DNA of 64,000 nucleotides from an uncultured Bacteroidales bacterium. GTDB lineage: Bacteria; Bacteroidota; Bacteroidia; Bacteroidales; JAUNSR01. Positions 63,571 to 64,000 of this stretch are shown one piece after another. The DNA is taken from the NCBI GenBank assembly GCA_947074105.1, contig CAMTON010000001.1:45814-109813 (forward strand). Reading direction: 5' to 3'. Numbering within the stretch: the first letter of the stretch is position 1; each line of letters begins with the position of its first letter. The translations under genes and the position numbers were made by a program. The notes beneath the pieces are model-generated. The model saw only the letters and a program-made list of their open reading frames with translations, did not search any database and was not told where the DNA came from.

Positions 63571-64000
63571 ATGGAAGATAATAATATAAAACAAGATGAT
63601 GTAACTCTTTTTACGGTAACTGTCTATTCTGAAAATCAGGTAGGTCTGTTGAACCAGGTTTCCATTATCTTTACAAGAAGAAATCTGAATATCTGGAGCC
63701 TTTCGGTTTCGGCTTCCGCAATAGAGGGAGTTCATAAGTTTACGATCACAACTCATACTACCAGAAGTCAGATTGAGAAAGTAGTAAAACAGATTGAGAA
63801 ACGAATAGACGTGTTAAGAGCATTCTTTTATACTAATGAAGAAATCATACATCAGGAGATTGCTCTATATAAAGTAGAAACGGAAAAACTTCTTGAAAGT
63901 GACGAAATAGAAGATCTGATAAGAAAACATAATGCGAGGATTCTCGAAATCAATAAAATATTTACTGTTATTGAGAAGACTGGGCATTGTGAGGAAACAG
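63571..64000 (+). CDS. ilvN: Acetolactate synthase small (regulatory) subunit, partial
   Basis: Read manually: MEDNNIKQDDVTLFTVTVYSENQVGLLNQVSIIFTRRNLNIWSLSVS... ACT domain. Open to the window end. Confidence 0.93.
   Translation, partial: MEDNNIKQDDVTLFTVTVYSENQVGLLNQVSIIFTRRNLNIWSLSVSASAIEGVHKFTITTHTTRSQIEKVVKQIEKRIDVLRAFFYTNEEIIHQEIALYKVETEKLLESDEIEDLIRKHNARILEINKIFTVIEKTGHCEET

Noticed and set aside
1-64000. Mobile-element enzymes, defence systems, rRNA or recoding (selenocysteine, stop reassignment)
   Set aside because: No transposase, integrase, RT, nuclease or rRNA signatures were seen, and all major genes are intact under the standard code.

Overview
AT-rich chromosomal window from a Bacteroidales bacterium. 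Evidence for the lineage: TAnnTTTG -7 promoters, a SusC/SusD pair, a hybrid two-component system (HTCS) and a T9SS C-terminal-domain protein. From left to right it carries: the start of the rseC-rnfB-rnfC operon; envelope genes (SBP/MltF-like, putative porin, AsmA, Na+/H+ antiporter, T9SS cargo, Omp85-like barrel); fprA; metY divergent from an Lrp/AsnC regulator; a 1.1-kb hairpin-rich intergenic region and an orphan basic secreted protein; kdgK-eda; an HAE1 RND efflux operon with a divergent AraC regulator; truC-like, msrA, ykvA and MFS genes; a CzcCBA/CusA-type heavy-metal RND operon with an OmpR/HK pair; and DJ-1. It then carries a complete beta-glucan PUL (GH16-SusC-SusD-SGBP-B-GH3 plus a convergent HTCS) resembling the Bacteroides ovatus mixed-linkage glucan locus. 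A tRNA 3'-fragment, a probable ~70-nt sRNA, and the ilvD-ilvB-ilvN operon with an unannotated leader-peptide attenuator close the window. I saw no transposase, integrase, CRISPR array, rRNA or intact tRNA. The protein-coding content is mostly known families. The most novel-looking signals are non-coding: a 22-bp-period palindromic array, a ~63-bp tandem repeat, a 19-8-19 recombinase-like inverted repeat within a hairpin cluster, the sRNA and the tRNA scar. None of these proves a new system without the checks listed.
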